Assembly (NCBI RefSeq): GCF_964204645.1
Contig: NC_134034.1
Coordinates: forward strand, 1,550,072-1,614,071
DNA: 64,000 nt
Direction of reading: 5' to 3'
DNA from: Tubulanus polymorphus
Lineage: Eukaryota > Animalia > Nemertea
How positions within the stretch are numbered: the stretch's first letter is position 1; every line of letters starts with the position of its first letter. A program made the position numbers and the translations under genes. The notes below the pieces were generated by a model. That model had not been told where the DNA came from. It made no database searches and saw only the letters and a program-made list of their open reading frames with translations. Of the stretch, positions 11,501 through 23,700 are shown piece after piece.

Positions 11501-13422
11501 AATTTAACTCACAGTTAACTCTTACTCATGACTGTGGAACTGGATCCAGTTTCACAAACTTGGATCCAGTTTCAATTCTAGACTCAATTCCACAGTCCTG
11601 ATGTTAAGGGGTCCGTTCCCAATACAGTGTTAACAGTTTGAAAATACCAGTTTCTATTGCACGATACATTTCTTTGTTTTTATTCACGATATACTAGTTG
11701 CAATACCGCGAAGACGGTGACGTCAAATATTTACCGGTCATTGAAGGAAAGGCAACATCAACAGCAGCGGCAACAACAGCACCAGCGAAACGGCGAGAAA
11801 AACGCTCGACGAAACAACGAGAAAAACGCTTTCTAACAACAAAAAAGAGAAATTACTTCAAGAAATTTGTAAGTGTTTCTTTAAAGTATAGTGTGAACGG
11901 ATGGCTGTTGTTGTATAGGCCTTGGACGCATAAACGATTCGGATGCTACACGATAGTTTGATGAAGAATGTATGAAAGGAGACCAATCTTTCAAAATCAT
12001 CAGCAGAGCAGCCTCTCCTTTGTAAATACTTGATCTGCCCCACCCATGTGTGAACTGGGCGTAGAAATTTTGTGGGTTAGATTTCTATGATAGCGTGTCG
12101 CGATGTTGTATATTTGCAGGTTTGTGAGAGTCGGTGGTGTAGCGTGATCAGGTGTAATATCGGGCGTATGGACAAGTCGGACAGTGTTCTCATACAACTC
12201 AGATCTAGACTATGGCTTCATACGTTGATGATGGTAAGTACGCCTAAATGTTTTCCAACTTTTATTGACAGTAACCACCTAAAGTTCTCACTGAAGATAG
12301 AAATTGTTGTAATTTTATCTAAAGTGTTTTATTTTTAAAAGTTCAACGGTAATTTCGAGGAATTATGTAATTAGATTTGTAAGTTTTGTTACAGTTTTTT
12401 TTCTGATGGATCGTTTCAGAATGAACTGTATGACGTAGTGATTCAGTCGGAGGGAGTGGCGCAAGTAATGGATGTTCCCTACGATATAAAACCAATCTCT
12501 TATTCCATTGATACATTCCAGGTACGTGAACACTGCCACAAAATAACCAGATCCAGTTTCACAGTTGTGTGGATTTAATGCGACTCTGAATCCAGTTCCA
12601 CAGTTGTGTGGGTTTAATTCGACTGTGAATCCAGTTCCACAGTTATGTCGGTTGTATTTGACTCTGAATCCAGTTCCACAGTTGTGTGGGTTTCATTTGA
12701 CTCTGAATCCAGTTCCACAGTTCTGTGGGTTGCATTTGACTGTGAATCCAGTTCCACAGTTGTGTGGGTTTAACTCAACTCTGAATCCAGTTCCACAGTT
12801 GTGTGGGTTTAATTTGACTCTGGATCCAGTTCCACAGTTGTGTGGGTTTAATTTGACTTTGGATCCAGTTCCACAGTTGTGTGGGTTTAATTTGACTCTG
12901 AATCCAGTTCCACAGTTGTGTGGGCTTAATTTGATTTTGGATTCAGTTCCACAGTTGTGTGGGTTTAATTCGACTCTGAATCCAGTTCCACAGTTTTGTG
13001 GGTTTAATTTGACAATGAATCCAGTTCCACAGTTGTATGGGTTTAATTTGACTCTGAATGTCTTTATTTTGTGATAGGTTAGCACATACGCCACAGCAGG
13101 CAACATGACAACTGATGACTATCGAGTGCCACTATGGGTGATAGCTTTAGGAGTAGCTCTGGGTCTTCTAGCCCTCATTCTTATCAGCATCATGCTCTGG
13201 AAGGTGAGAAGCTGGTGAATGTATTTAAGACAATACAATTTTTGGACCTGACAAAATATGGCGTCAATGAAGGCAGATATTAATCTATATTTGATTTAAT
13301 TTTTCCAGTGCGGTTTCTTCAAACGCCAGAAAGCGGAGAATTTAGACAATACGGATATGATGCCTCCTCCTCATAAAGCGGATCTATACCATTACACCGA
13401 TCACGACGGAAGCGAAGTCTGA
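2521..13422 (+). CDS. Integrin alpha subunit (probably PS2/alphaV/alpha5/alpha8-like), 5'-partial, 873 aa visible. Exons: 2521-2569, 2708-2797, 3761-3805, 3972-4069, 4289-4341, 4732-4831, 4971-5085, 5788-5879, 6346-6482, 6732-6836, 7213-7268, 7546-7697, 7925-8065, 8166-8233, 8557-8704, 9665-9834, 10317-10406, 10958-11243, 11698-11868, 12120-12233, 12420-12521, 13078-13203, 13309-13422
   Basis: Exons join in frame (2622 nt). FG-GAP and Ca-binding repeats ([86 protein letters not shown]), RSRP, genu [22 protein letters not shown] furin sites, TM helix, cytoplasmic KCGFFKR. Confidence 0.95.
2873..3698. repeat. 57-bp intronic minisatellite, ~14.5 copies
   Basis: Unit agactgggtatcaaagttatccctagggataaatccttaacctggacccggttttat; contains the perfect 16-bp palindrome TTATCCCTAGGGATAA. 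Confidence 0.97.
5262..5558. repeat. 29-bp intronic minisatellite, ~10 copies
   Basis: Unit gatttagaaccatttaaaggaatggttta with internal inverted repeat aaccatt...aatggtt. Confidence 0.95.
6887..7152. mobile_element. Two adjacent, oppositely oriented MITE copies (PIF/Harbinger-like termini)
   Basis: Termini resemble ggc(c)agttgcacagtc...gactgtgcaactggc. Internal taagaccagtctaaga (~6913) recurs inverted as tcttagactggtctta (~7105). Confidence 0.55.
9071..9232 (+). ncRNA. RNU1: U1 spliceosomal snRNA gene (sequence variant), in an integrin intron
   Basis: 5' ATACTTACCTGG, SL1 loop GATCTGGAAG, U1A loop ATTGCAC, SL3 CGATCTCCCCAAATGTGGGAGACTCG, Sm site AATTTCTGG, SL4 GGGGACTGCGTTCGCGCTATCCCC; ~162 nt. 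Confidence 0.96.
9895..10195. repeat. 96-bp intronic tandem repeat, ~3 copies
   Basis: ttttcaattgagttaacc recurs at ~9897, 9993, 10089 and partly at 10185. Confidence 0.93.
11438..11548. mobile_element. ~110-bp Harbinger-like MITE, with decayed ~20-bp copies of its terminus on both sides (~11260-11600)
   Basis: TIRs ggacccagttccacag...ctgtggaactggatcc; homologous along its length to 47558-47670. Confidence 0.75.
12549..13059. repeat. 39-bp intronic minisatellite, ~13 copies
   Basis: Unit gaatccagttccacagttgtgtgggtttaatttgactct. Confidence 0.97.
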
Positions 13423-16399
13423 TCGACTGATCATCGTTAGTTTCCTCTAACACCGTTCAAATCGTTTGATATACGCACAAAGAGTGAAAGCCCTGGGCTC
13501 CGGGTCATCGGCGAATTGTTTTGAACGCCAAAATTGTGGTTTTGGACTTATTTTGAAGGACTGGCTGGCGTTGATCTGGTAGCCTACTAGTGGGTCGCTT
13601 AATCCAGGGTCCTTGAAAGTGAAAAATAGAATCGCGATGCATTTAGACTGTGAGTGGTGGTGGTGGATATGTGGTGTGTCAGTGAAGTCCTTATGGGCAT
13701 GAAATCAGGGCCCAGTGGAACAGTCGTGACTTAACAAAGTCCAATTTAAGTTGTTTACTGATTACTTTGAACAGAAATATGAACGATATTACTGTGGGTC
13801 TTGCTGTTAGTTATTGATTGATTAGAACATTTTCGTTCATATTTGAATGAAACGTTCTGAAAAAATTCAATTTGTTACTGGGGTATGCAGCCATGTGGGT
13901 TGTTAGAATGGTTATAGAACTAAATTGTGCCTAGACCGGTCTTTACCTTGTTAGATAGCACTAAAACAAGACTGGGTTTAAGTTATTAGATTAGTAAGAG
14001 AACTAAGTAATCAAAGCCACGCGATTGTGCAACCCTATGATTCGTTTTCCGGGCTCACAGTGAGCTGGTTACAAAGTCATTCAAAAGCGGATATGAAATT
14101 GCTTTTTAAGTCCAAGCTAAGCATGAAGCTTGAATCATAAGATCGTTGCGAAATTGAATGCCGAATAAATTCTAACTAGAAGAGTTTCAATTCTCTAAAC
14201 CTCTACGGCACTGCGCATATCGTGTTATGAAGACTGGTTACCGCTCAAATTTATCAAAGCATTTATTCAGCCAATCGGAAGCCTTGTATGATCAACGTAT
14301 GATCTGATTGGCTACGAAGCCCGGATGGACAAAAGTTAGATTTATATATAAGCAAATAAAACGTAAGAAAATAATATCCCAGGAAATATTAACCCAGAAA
14401 CTTGGAGTTGACTAGTGACGCCTAGCAATTCTATGAGCCTGAAAATTCTAAAGCTGGCTGGAATATTGAATCTACGTCACTACTCGTTATTAGTTTGTCT
14501 CCGTAGAACTCTGGGATTTCTCTTCAAATTTATGACAAACATTCACTTGTCTTAGAAACAAAATAGTCCGTTATAGGTTAGTGACACTCACTTGTCTTAT
14601 AGTATACTATAGAATAGAATATCTAGCGTGTAATTAATTTATTTAGTAAATTAGATGAATACAAGATGTAATTATTTGGGTTTTTGTTTAACTGATTCGG
14701 AGTCATTTCAAATGTTGATAATATCTATCAAAGTATAATAATATATATCATGAATATTCTAGAGTATTTTGTGTGGGAACATTTTTTCCAGCCTGTCGAA
14801 TATATCAATCATGTATTAATAGTTTATATTGATAATATATCAGAACTCTCATTTCATTCTGCGGGTACTTGAAACGATAATGATAATGATAATGATAATG
14901 TGTGCATAATATAATGTATGTAAATATGTAACGTATTTTTATGAAAGAAAAACGGAATAAAAAAAAACTACTTATTATAAAATCGACGACAGTTTTTGTT
15001 TTAATTTCGAGCTTCCGATCAATGTCGTCGTCACCGTCGTTTGAGGTACAAAGCTTGAGTATTCTGCATGCAGAGAGTCGTTGACTAAATGATTTTTTTA
15101 TATATTTTTTCTGGGTACCGGTATCTGATCTATATGGCTTGGTCTTGAATCAAACCCGCATCTCATCCGCGTCAGGTATTAGATAAATATTTTCTTGTCA
15201 TTATTCCCACAATCCAGGAATTCAATATAAAGGGCAGATATCATATAAGAGCAATATTTCACCGAAGAATAATAGTTTGTTAACACAGAAAAATTCAGGT
15301 AGATTTGTTTCACACTAAAATGGCTTCCCTAGTCTAGTCTCGAAGAACCAGTACAAGTCATTTTGATCATTCAAAAATTCTTCATTATGATATCAGGTGA
15401 TATTTTTATCGTGCAGAGTTTAGGACTTGGGATCGAGGGCTCGAAGAAAACTGAACACCCCGGCTGGCCCTACCCCCGTGGCCAATCTCAAGCCTCAAAC
15501 CCTACAAACAATTCCGGTCCTTTTTTCTTGAGTAGCCGAAGTCGAAATATTCGGTACCGTATTTATTTATCCGTGCATATTGGGCTATACCTCACCGCAT
15601 AAAAGCCGGTAAAGTCTGGAGTTGAGATTACTTCGAGGCAGATTGACGGTGCAAAACTTTTTACATGAGCCGAGGTTTTAGGCCTAAATTTTGACTCTCG
15701 TCGTGGCAAAAAATCTGCCCTCATTCATCTAATTTCACGAAAAACAAGGCATTCATTGCTTTTGATTTAAAACGCTTCCGAAAAGGATATTAAACATTGG
15801 TAAAATCGTAGTCTGATTCAGAAGAAAAGACCAGGGGTCGGATGAATGTGAAATGAACTGGGCAGAAATAAGGAACCATCTTGGATTTTCTAGAATTTGA
15901 AGCGCGCGGTCTGGTCACTTTACGGCCCGATTCAACCCATCATTTCAACACAAAGACACGAATAAAATGCATCATTTACTAAAACACAGTCTCTATTTTA
16001 ATGTTATGTAAGATTCAGAATTGATTCGTACGATTTTAAGCTTAAATTTGTTCTGAATCGAAGAAGTGAAACGGGCCGATCGAAAAACTGAACTTCAGCG
16101 CGATATTTCCGCATCTGAAATGGCGAATTCTGACAATTTTAAAAAACCAATTCCTAAATTCGAATCCGTACTTTCGATTCGATTCGACATTGAATCGCTG
16201 TAAGTATAGGAAAAGGGCATAGAATAAGCTTGAAAAGGTTGTAGGAGTCATTTTTAGATTCGGAGCGGGCGTTATTTTGATCGTATCCGCGCAGCGCACA
16301 CATCGAAGTCGGTAATCGGGGAATTTCAGTAGAGCGCGCTGCGGCTCGGATTCATTCCGCATTTGTCTCTGGACTGGAAAACTTAAAGAATTCTTCATC

Positions 16400-17236
16400 A
16401 TGCCAAGTCAACGTTCAACCCGCTCGAGATCCCGATCGCGTTCCCGCTCGCCGACTAAGAGACGCTCGACGTCCAGGTCGCCGACGAAGAAGGCCGTCAA
16501 GAAAGCCGCGTCGCCGAAAAGACGAACTTCACCGCGCCGATCACCGAGAAGATCCGTCTCGCCCAGACGTCCGGCGTCGCCACGTCGATCTCCCAGAAGA
16601 TCCGTATCGCCACCGAAGCGAAAAGCGTCTCCGAAACGTAAAGCCTCGCCGAAACGTAAAGCGTCACCGAAGCGCAAGTCGTCGCCGAAACGAAAAGCGT
16701 CGCCGAAAAGGAAGAGATCGCCGACCAGGAAGGCACGCGGAAAGAAGACTGGTCCAAGTACTCTGTCGATGGTCGTAGCCGCTATCAAGGCGTTGAAAGA
16801 TCGCAAAGGCGCCTCTTACGCCGGTATCAAGAAATGGATTATGGCTAATCACCCGGGCGCGAATACCAGCCGGCTACCGGGCATGCTGAAATTAGCCATC
16901 GCTCGAGGCCTGAAGACCGGAGCTATCGTTCGACCGAAAGGCTCGACTGCCACCGGCGCTACTGGAAGATTCCGCATCGGAAAAGAACCGAAACCGGCCA
17001 AGAAAAAACCAGCAAAGAAAGCCGCCAAGAAGGCCAAGAAACCGAAAGCGAAGAAGGCCAAGAAACCGAAGAAAAAGACCGCGGCCAAGAAAGTGAAGAA
17101 GGCGAAATCTCCGAAAAAGGCGAAGAAGTCTGCGGCAGCTAAGAAAAAACCGGCAGCGAAGAAACCAGTGAAGAAAGTCGTGGCTAAGAAGGTGAAGAGG
17201 GCAGCTCCGAAAAAGAAGGCAGCAGCTAAGAAATAA
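16400..17236 (+). CDS. Sperm-type linker histone H1 / protamine-like PL-I protein, intronless, 278 aa
   Basis: N-terminal RS dipeptides and SPRR/SPKR(K) repeats; H1 winged-helix core (PSTLSMVVAAIKALKDRKGASYAGIKKWI...GATGRFRI); K/A/P-rich tail. Confidence 0.93.
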   Translation: MPSQRSTRSRSRSRSRSPTKRRSTSRSPTKKAVKKAASPKRRTSPRRSPRRSVSPRRPASPRRSPRRSVSPPKRKASPKRKASPKRKASPKRKSSPKRKASPKRKRSPTRKARGKKTGPSTLSMVVAAIKALKDRKGASYAGIKKWIMANHPGANTSRLPGMLKLAIARGLKTGAIVRPKGSTATGATGRFRIGKEPKPAKKKPAKKAAKKAKKPKAKKAKKPKKKTAAKKVKKAKSPKKAKKSAAAKKKPAAKKPVKKVVAKKVKRAAPKKKAAAKK

Positions 17237-17270
17237 GAACTTCGAATCGTAGATCGAAAGATAACCTATC

Positions 17271-17286
17271 GGCCCTTGTCAGGGCC
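17271..17286 (+). promoter_or_regulatory. Histone mRNA 3' stem-loop
   Basis: GGCCCT-TGTC-AGGGCC followed by ACCC, 34 nt after the stop codon; purine-rich AAGAAATAG ~13 nt downstream (candidate HDE). Confidence 0.88.
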
Positions 17287-17709
17287 ACCCTATATGTACA
17301 AGAAATAGCCAGTTAATACGAACCAAAGCCAAGCTAGCTTCAAAATATTACAGAACGTTTTTTACTGAAAGATTTTTAAAATATTGAAAATCAGAAGCCA
17401 GATTTAAATAGCGAAACATTCAACAACCAACCTCATTCATAATTCCCACACGACATCTTTTAAACATAAATAACTGAGGATCATATCCGAGTTTGAAGCT
17501 AAATATAAAACTTTCATTTCTCATAAAAGTTTCTGAAATTCAAACACCACGAGGCTCGAGGGCACGATCGAATAGATTAGAATGATGAAATTCCAGGTAT
17601 TTTTGGGGTTCGATCCGTTTGAACTACCCCGCGTTCGGCATTTCAATACAAATCAAATCCGTGAGCAATAAACTAGCATTTGTCGGATGCGAATTAAACT
17701 GTAGCCGTG

Positions 17710-20700
17710 ATGTCGTTGCCGGAGACGCCACTTTCGTTTATTTACCCAATATTGATATTTCTAACCGCATTGAGTTCGTGCTCGACGGAGACATGCGTTA
17801 AGGTTGCGAACTCGGATTGCTCTTGTTCGAACAGTCGGGGTGTCATTGACTTGAAACCGCTCGATACCGGCAATAAACCCATGTGAGTTAGTAATAAAAT
17901 CTTGATTGAATTGATCAACGTCAATCCATTCGCATTATTCGTCCAAGTTTTTGTTGGTTGTCGAAAATTTGGGGACAAAATTTCGAGTTAGACTTGGCAC
18001 GTTCGTTTCCAAGATAGCAAAGTTCGGTAAAAGTGCAGATCCGCTCCTCTCCGCATAAACGGTTCAATCAATTACATGAAATATAATTGTTTCAGACTCA
18101 TCAAAATGTCATCAGCAATTCAGTAGGCCTACATTGAAATTGGTTAATTTAAAGATATCTTCACTAGAGAGAGTAGAAAGATTTAGCCTGGATTCTGTCA
18201 TTCAGCAGATTGCGTCAACCACGAGAGGTGCGCATCTGCACTTTTACCCAAAGTTCATTTTCAGAATAGAGAAAAGGGTAAAAGTACAGATCCCATGGGC
18301 ATCCCCAGGATTTTTTTTGGGGGGGGGGTTCGTTTTTTTTCAAAATTTTTGAACATTTCTTGCAAGCAGGCGCGTTCTGGGACAATCTGAGACCGATAGG
18401 TAGACTGGTTCCAGTTTATAGATAGACTGGTTTCCATTTACTTTGAATGTATCGATTTTATTTTGCTAATTCAGCAATTGCAAAAAGGGGATTCGTTCGA
18501 ACTACCGAATCTCCCCTAGAGACGCCCATGGATCCGCACCTCTTGTGATTGACGCAATCTACTGAGTTACAAATCACGGTTCTAGCTTCAGAATCACGGA
18601 ATACAATGCAGTGATTTATGATATCTTATGATATCTTCACTAGAAAGTAGATTTTTGTCCAGGTTATTATCTCTGAATTGTGACGATCTTTCAATAGCCC
18701 TATTGGATTAGGAAATCTAAAGTGAAGATTTGTCTAGAGTGTTTGCTGAAACGATGTGAGGGTAATCAGTGCATAAAACTAATCAAATTTTTGTCGACTA
18801 TCACCAGGGCTATTAGCCAAATTGTCTGATATATTTGTTGAAATTGACAAGATTTTTATTTTTCTTCCACAAATTGAGTGGTTCATGAAACATTGTTTCA
18901 GCAAATATTCTAAACAAATCTTCACTTTAGATTGACCCATCCGATATGGTGTCTGGTTCAAAAATCGTGACGGTGATATTTAAAAACAGCGATATTTAAT
19001 GTAATTGATTGAACCATTTACGAGAGGTGCGGATCTGCACTTTTACCGAGAAAAGAACTAAAATATGATTGAAGCGGCCCGTAGATAGTTTGTAATCCGC
19101 AGAGAGCTTTCTTACTGTGAAACGACAGTTTTAAAAATGATGGTGGCTAAATTAATACTCTTCATCACTTGATTTAGTATTTAATTTCATTGTAGTTTTA
19201 CAGTGCAGGACAAAAGTGGTTCTGACACTTATGACTATACGTTTAATCCATGTTCGCCATACACTCTCACATCATCCACCGGCTGCTCGCAAGTTCTGGT
19301 AAGTAAAATTCATATTGAACGACAACAAATTGATCCTGATCTTCGGACGATAGGTAGGTAATTTCATGACATCTTAGGGAGATTTATGTAAGCGGACATC
19401 TCTCTTAGAAGTGTCTACAAATCAAATCGCTAGTAGACAATTTGATGATGTCATAGGGGGATTTATGGAGGCAGGCATCTCTCTTAGAAGTGTCTACAAA
19501 TCAAATCACTAGTAGACAATTTGATGATGTCATAGGGAGATTATGGAGGCAGACATCTCTTAGAAGTGTCTACAAATCAAATCACTAGTAGACAATTTGA
19601 TGATGTCATAGGGAGATTATGGAGGCAGACATAATTTTCTAAAAGGGCCTATAGATCAAATCATGATTAGACAATTAAATGATGTCATAGACGAATTTAT
19701 GATCCTTTCCGAGAGGATCTACATCCTCGATTTGATGATGTCAAAGGGGTATAAGAATGTTTATACACCCGCTATTGTTGTACACTATTTGCAGGGTTGT
19801 CAAAATTCCGCTTCAATTGCCTACCCGCTAGCTAGTGTCAAGTCAATGGTTGTACAAGGAGCAGTTGAAAATAAGACGTTAACTTTTCTTTATGATGCTA
19901 ATTCTAACGATGGACATAGGTTTGAGTTTTTTGTTTTCACCCTTCGCACTCCCTACCTACCTATCTCAACCTCTTTTTCTGTAATGGTACAGATTTTTAA
20001 TGCTTTATTTCTTACGAAACATTATTTCTTACGAAAAATGATTCAATGTATATTATCAATCCAATTGAGTCAATGAGCTAAATCAGAGAGGCTTAGTGCT
20101 CCAATGCTTACCGCTGCAATGGATGATTCCACTTGTGGAAAGTGGGGATCCACCAGGTGTCGCTAGTGTGTACAGTTGGGCATCAACTATACTGCGGCAA
20201 TATATAGGATTCCACTTGGCAAATGAAGATCTTCCATGTGGGGCTTAGGCCTATTCGGTCTTTTGTGCTTCAATTTTTTGTGCGAAATTTCGTTTAAAAA
20301 CTCCTTTTCTTTAAAGTAAATAGACTGTAAATAGACTTTCGATGTGATTTTAAAACGAAGCAATGCCCGGGCCCCCTTTAAATCCATCCCCTGCTATTTG
20401 AAATCTAAATTTTTCGTTTTGTTTGACAGGGCTGCCAACGTCCATTAGGCAGTATTAACACAGTGTATCTATTGGGTAGATCTCTAGTATCAATGAGCGG
20501 CTCGTTGGAAGATGCAAATCTGGAATGGCTTTATTTAGCTATAGAGGCCGCACCTCGCGCAATTGTCAAGTTTACTGAGAAAAAGAAATTTCCATTTTCT
20601 AGTACTACATAGTGCACTCTCCTTTCGTAAATTCCAATGGCTTTAATATTTGCTGTATCTGGTCACCGGGGGCGCCACTGTGTTGTAACAGCTTGAATAT

Positions 20701-23700
20701 TTTTTCGGCCATCTGTTGAACTTCGGTGTCCTGCAGCGCTCTCTTGTGGCCACAAACTGCAAATCCTTGCGCTTGATGTTTTGGGGGGAGTTTGAATCAT
20801 GTCATAATAGCTACGAAAGGAAGATGTGTACATGGTTGACGGCGGTTTTGATTTTTTTTCAATCCTCTTACATCACAGTAGGGAGGAACCTGGCTGAGTG
20901 TCGCCATGCCATCAGGTTCGAATCCGCACCGAGGGAAGAGCATGGCAGAGTCTCACGATGTCATCAGGATCAATTCCCTGCCAAGGGCTGACCCCTCTAA
21001 CGCCTTTATTAAGTCTTCCTGATGTCAAGTTCTGCCATCAAATCGTGGTGTAGGGGTTTCTTTTTCTTGTGAATTTCATGTGATGAGATGATTTGTTTTT
21101 TCGTTGCAGGTACATGCATGTACTGCTGGAGTGCACTGATGCCGATACAGAGTTTCTGTTCCTAGGGGAAAACCCACAACTACATTACGTAAGAAACTTT
21201 CAACGAACTATTCACAAAGTTATACTTGAAAAGCTTTCGATTTATGAGTTGAAATTAGACTCTGACTGTTAACATTTTAAAATTTAATGAGATAAGCTGA
21301 AATATTTGAAAATATTGCGCTACAGTAAACCTCGCCTAACTAGTACCAACTTGGACTGACAATATCGGTCTGAGGTTATCGAAGCCCGAGTTGATGATAA
21401 GTGAAAATATGATATATGGACTCACAAAAATGGTCTCAACTTAATAAGTTTCGAGTTGGGCAAAGCAAGGTTTACTGACTGATGCAGGGTTCTGACCGGT
21501 TTTGGAAAGTCTTGCAATTTGGGATTTTCAGGCCTTGAAAAAAGCTATGGAAATTGTGTTTTTTCTCTTCCTATGGAAAATGTATGGAAAATCAAAAAAT
21601 GGTCTGAAAAAAGAATTTTCCTTCCATTTTGAATTGACGGCTGTATGCCTAACAATTTTGATAACGCCGTTGTCACTTTCCTGGTAACTAATTACATTTT
21701 TCATGTGTTATGGAACTGGATGCGCGGTAACCATTGAAGAAACACTATTTCGTGCTGTAACATTACAAGTCGAGAATCCCACGCTGATAAAACAGCGTGG
21801 GATTCATTTCCTACTTATGGATGCACGGTTTTTAAAAACCGCCTGCTCTGATGAAATCTCTTTCAATTGTTTGCAGAAATTCAAACTGAAATCGGTGTAC
21901 GCATGTTACACGTCGAACAGTCTAAGTATCGGATCTATACTGCTGATAGTGTAAGTACAACAAGGCGGGCCTGGGGCTGGGCCTGGGGCTGGGCCTGGGG
22001 CTGGGGGTTTGATCTTTGTGGAAAAAGCATATAAATTATTGTTAGGATTTATTGGTTATTACAAACCTAGATTTCGTTCCTCCCAAATAGGAAAATTTTA
22101 CTAATATCATGCTGAATAACGAAATGATTTTCTGGGGCCCTGAAGTGCGTTGTAATCAGGTTACGCTGTAATCAGGTTACGCTGTATCCTTGAATGACAC
22201 ACTTCCCAACGACAGTTTTGTTGATATATCGGATCAGGCGCGACAGACACATTGCCGAGATGGCTCTCATTGCCCAGAGTTGTTGATCAGTAGTGGAGAT
22301 TGTCCCTAGCAAAGTGGACGCAAGCAGTTCAGAAGAGTCAAAGTGAGGAAAGAACAAAACCCACAATCGAAAGAAAATCCGTAAGAGGATTTTGACTTGT
22401 CAGCTCGAATGGGCCATTTTCAAAAACTGATAATGTTTTTGAAAATGGCTCATAGCATTTGAGCCTACGTCAAAATCTACTTATAATAATTCTTCGTATT
22501 GTGGATTTACAGTCATTTGTTTTTACAAATTTGATTACAGTGTACGTAAATGACCCGGCCGATTAGCGGAAACAAGGTACGGTGTATCGTTTCATTTTCT
22601 CCCTGTCTAACGGATGAATGAATTCGTTTCAGGTTATTAGTGTTGGTGATTGTTTATATAGTTGCCGGTGTATTGATTCTGACGTTTTGGAAGAAAGAGG
22701 AAGGCGTGAAGCGTATACCGAACGTTACATTCTGGACGGATTTTCCCCGTCTTGTTAAGGTGATCAAATAGTGATTTATATCGGGGAGGGATCGCGGCGT
22801 AGTTTGTAAATCGTAGCGAGCGTACACAAAGCAGTGCTACTTTTTTAAGGTCCTTGATTTGAGCTTACTTTTCAGGGAAAAAAAATAGCTGATTGTCCAT
22901 GCCACTGGCTTTGAGTTGACGCTAGACATGTCCCATCCTCCCTCTGCAGGGACTCGAACCTGATGGCATCGCTACACTCAGCCACAGCACGAACCCCTGC
23001 ATCAGTAGACCGGGTGCGCAGGTACATGCGCAGCTTTCCGAACGAAAACTGGCGGCACCAATCAGATCGCTCGCTGTATAATCGTTGAGGCAAATTTCAA
23101 GGAAGAACTATAAATGGGAAAACCCGGGCTAAAATAAAACGGGATTTCTGATTGGCTAAAAATCACATCATCTGAACTGCGCATGTATCTGCGCACACGG
23201 TCGATTATGGCAGGGTTTCGTGCCGTGGCAATCTCGATGCCATCAGGTTCGAATCCCTGCCGGGGGAGGATGGACATGTCCTAGTACATAAATCACATAA
23301 GTGATTGACAAATCATGACGAGTTACAAATTAATCATGGGCGCAATTCAAGTTACTTTTGCTACTTTTTCTGCACCAAAAGTGCTGAAAACCGCCGAGGG
23401 CTGATCGCGGGTTGGTTCTTACAGATCAGGGAATTTTGGATTTATAGATCGGAAAGAACCCTGCAAATACCATGGATTAGTAACAATACAAATTCAATTG
23501 TCACAATATTTATCCACTGGTTAAACACTAACCAACTTTTGAGTAACCTGTCTGGTTTAGTTTCACGATCGGATATTTTCACGTTGGTGTAAGCCCATCC
23601 GAGCTTACTTACCACCAACGATAAGCTTACTAAACTAAAACTTATGCTCAAGCTTTACTGCTTCAAGATGAGGGGAGAGGGTGGAGTAGAGGGCTCAATG

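Noticed and set aside
12565-13106. ORFs on both strands with 13-aa repeats
   Set aside because: Translation of a 39-bp minisatellite in an intron with clear splice sites.
16408-17088. Antisense ORFs over the H1 gene, and similar ones over the GPCR, TLR and methyltransferase genes
   Set aside because: Shadow frames caused by codon bias, with no independent features.
23209-23261. tRNA gene or mascRNA-like RNA
   Set aside because: No full cloverleaf; it lies within the TIRs of a TSD-flanked MITE.
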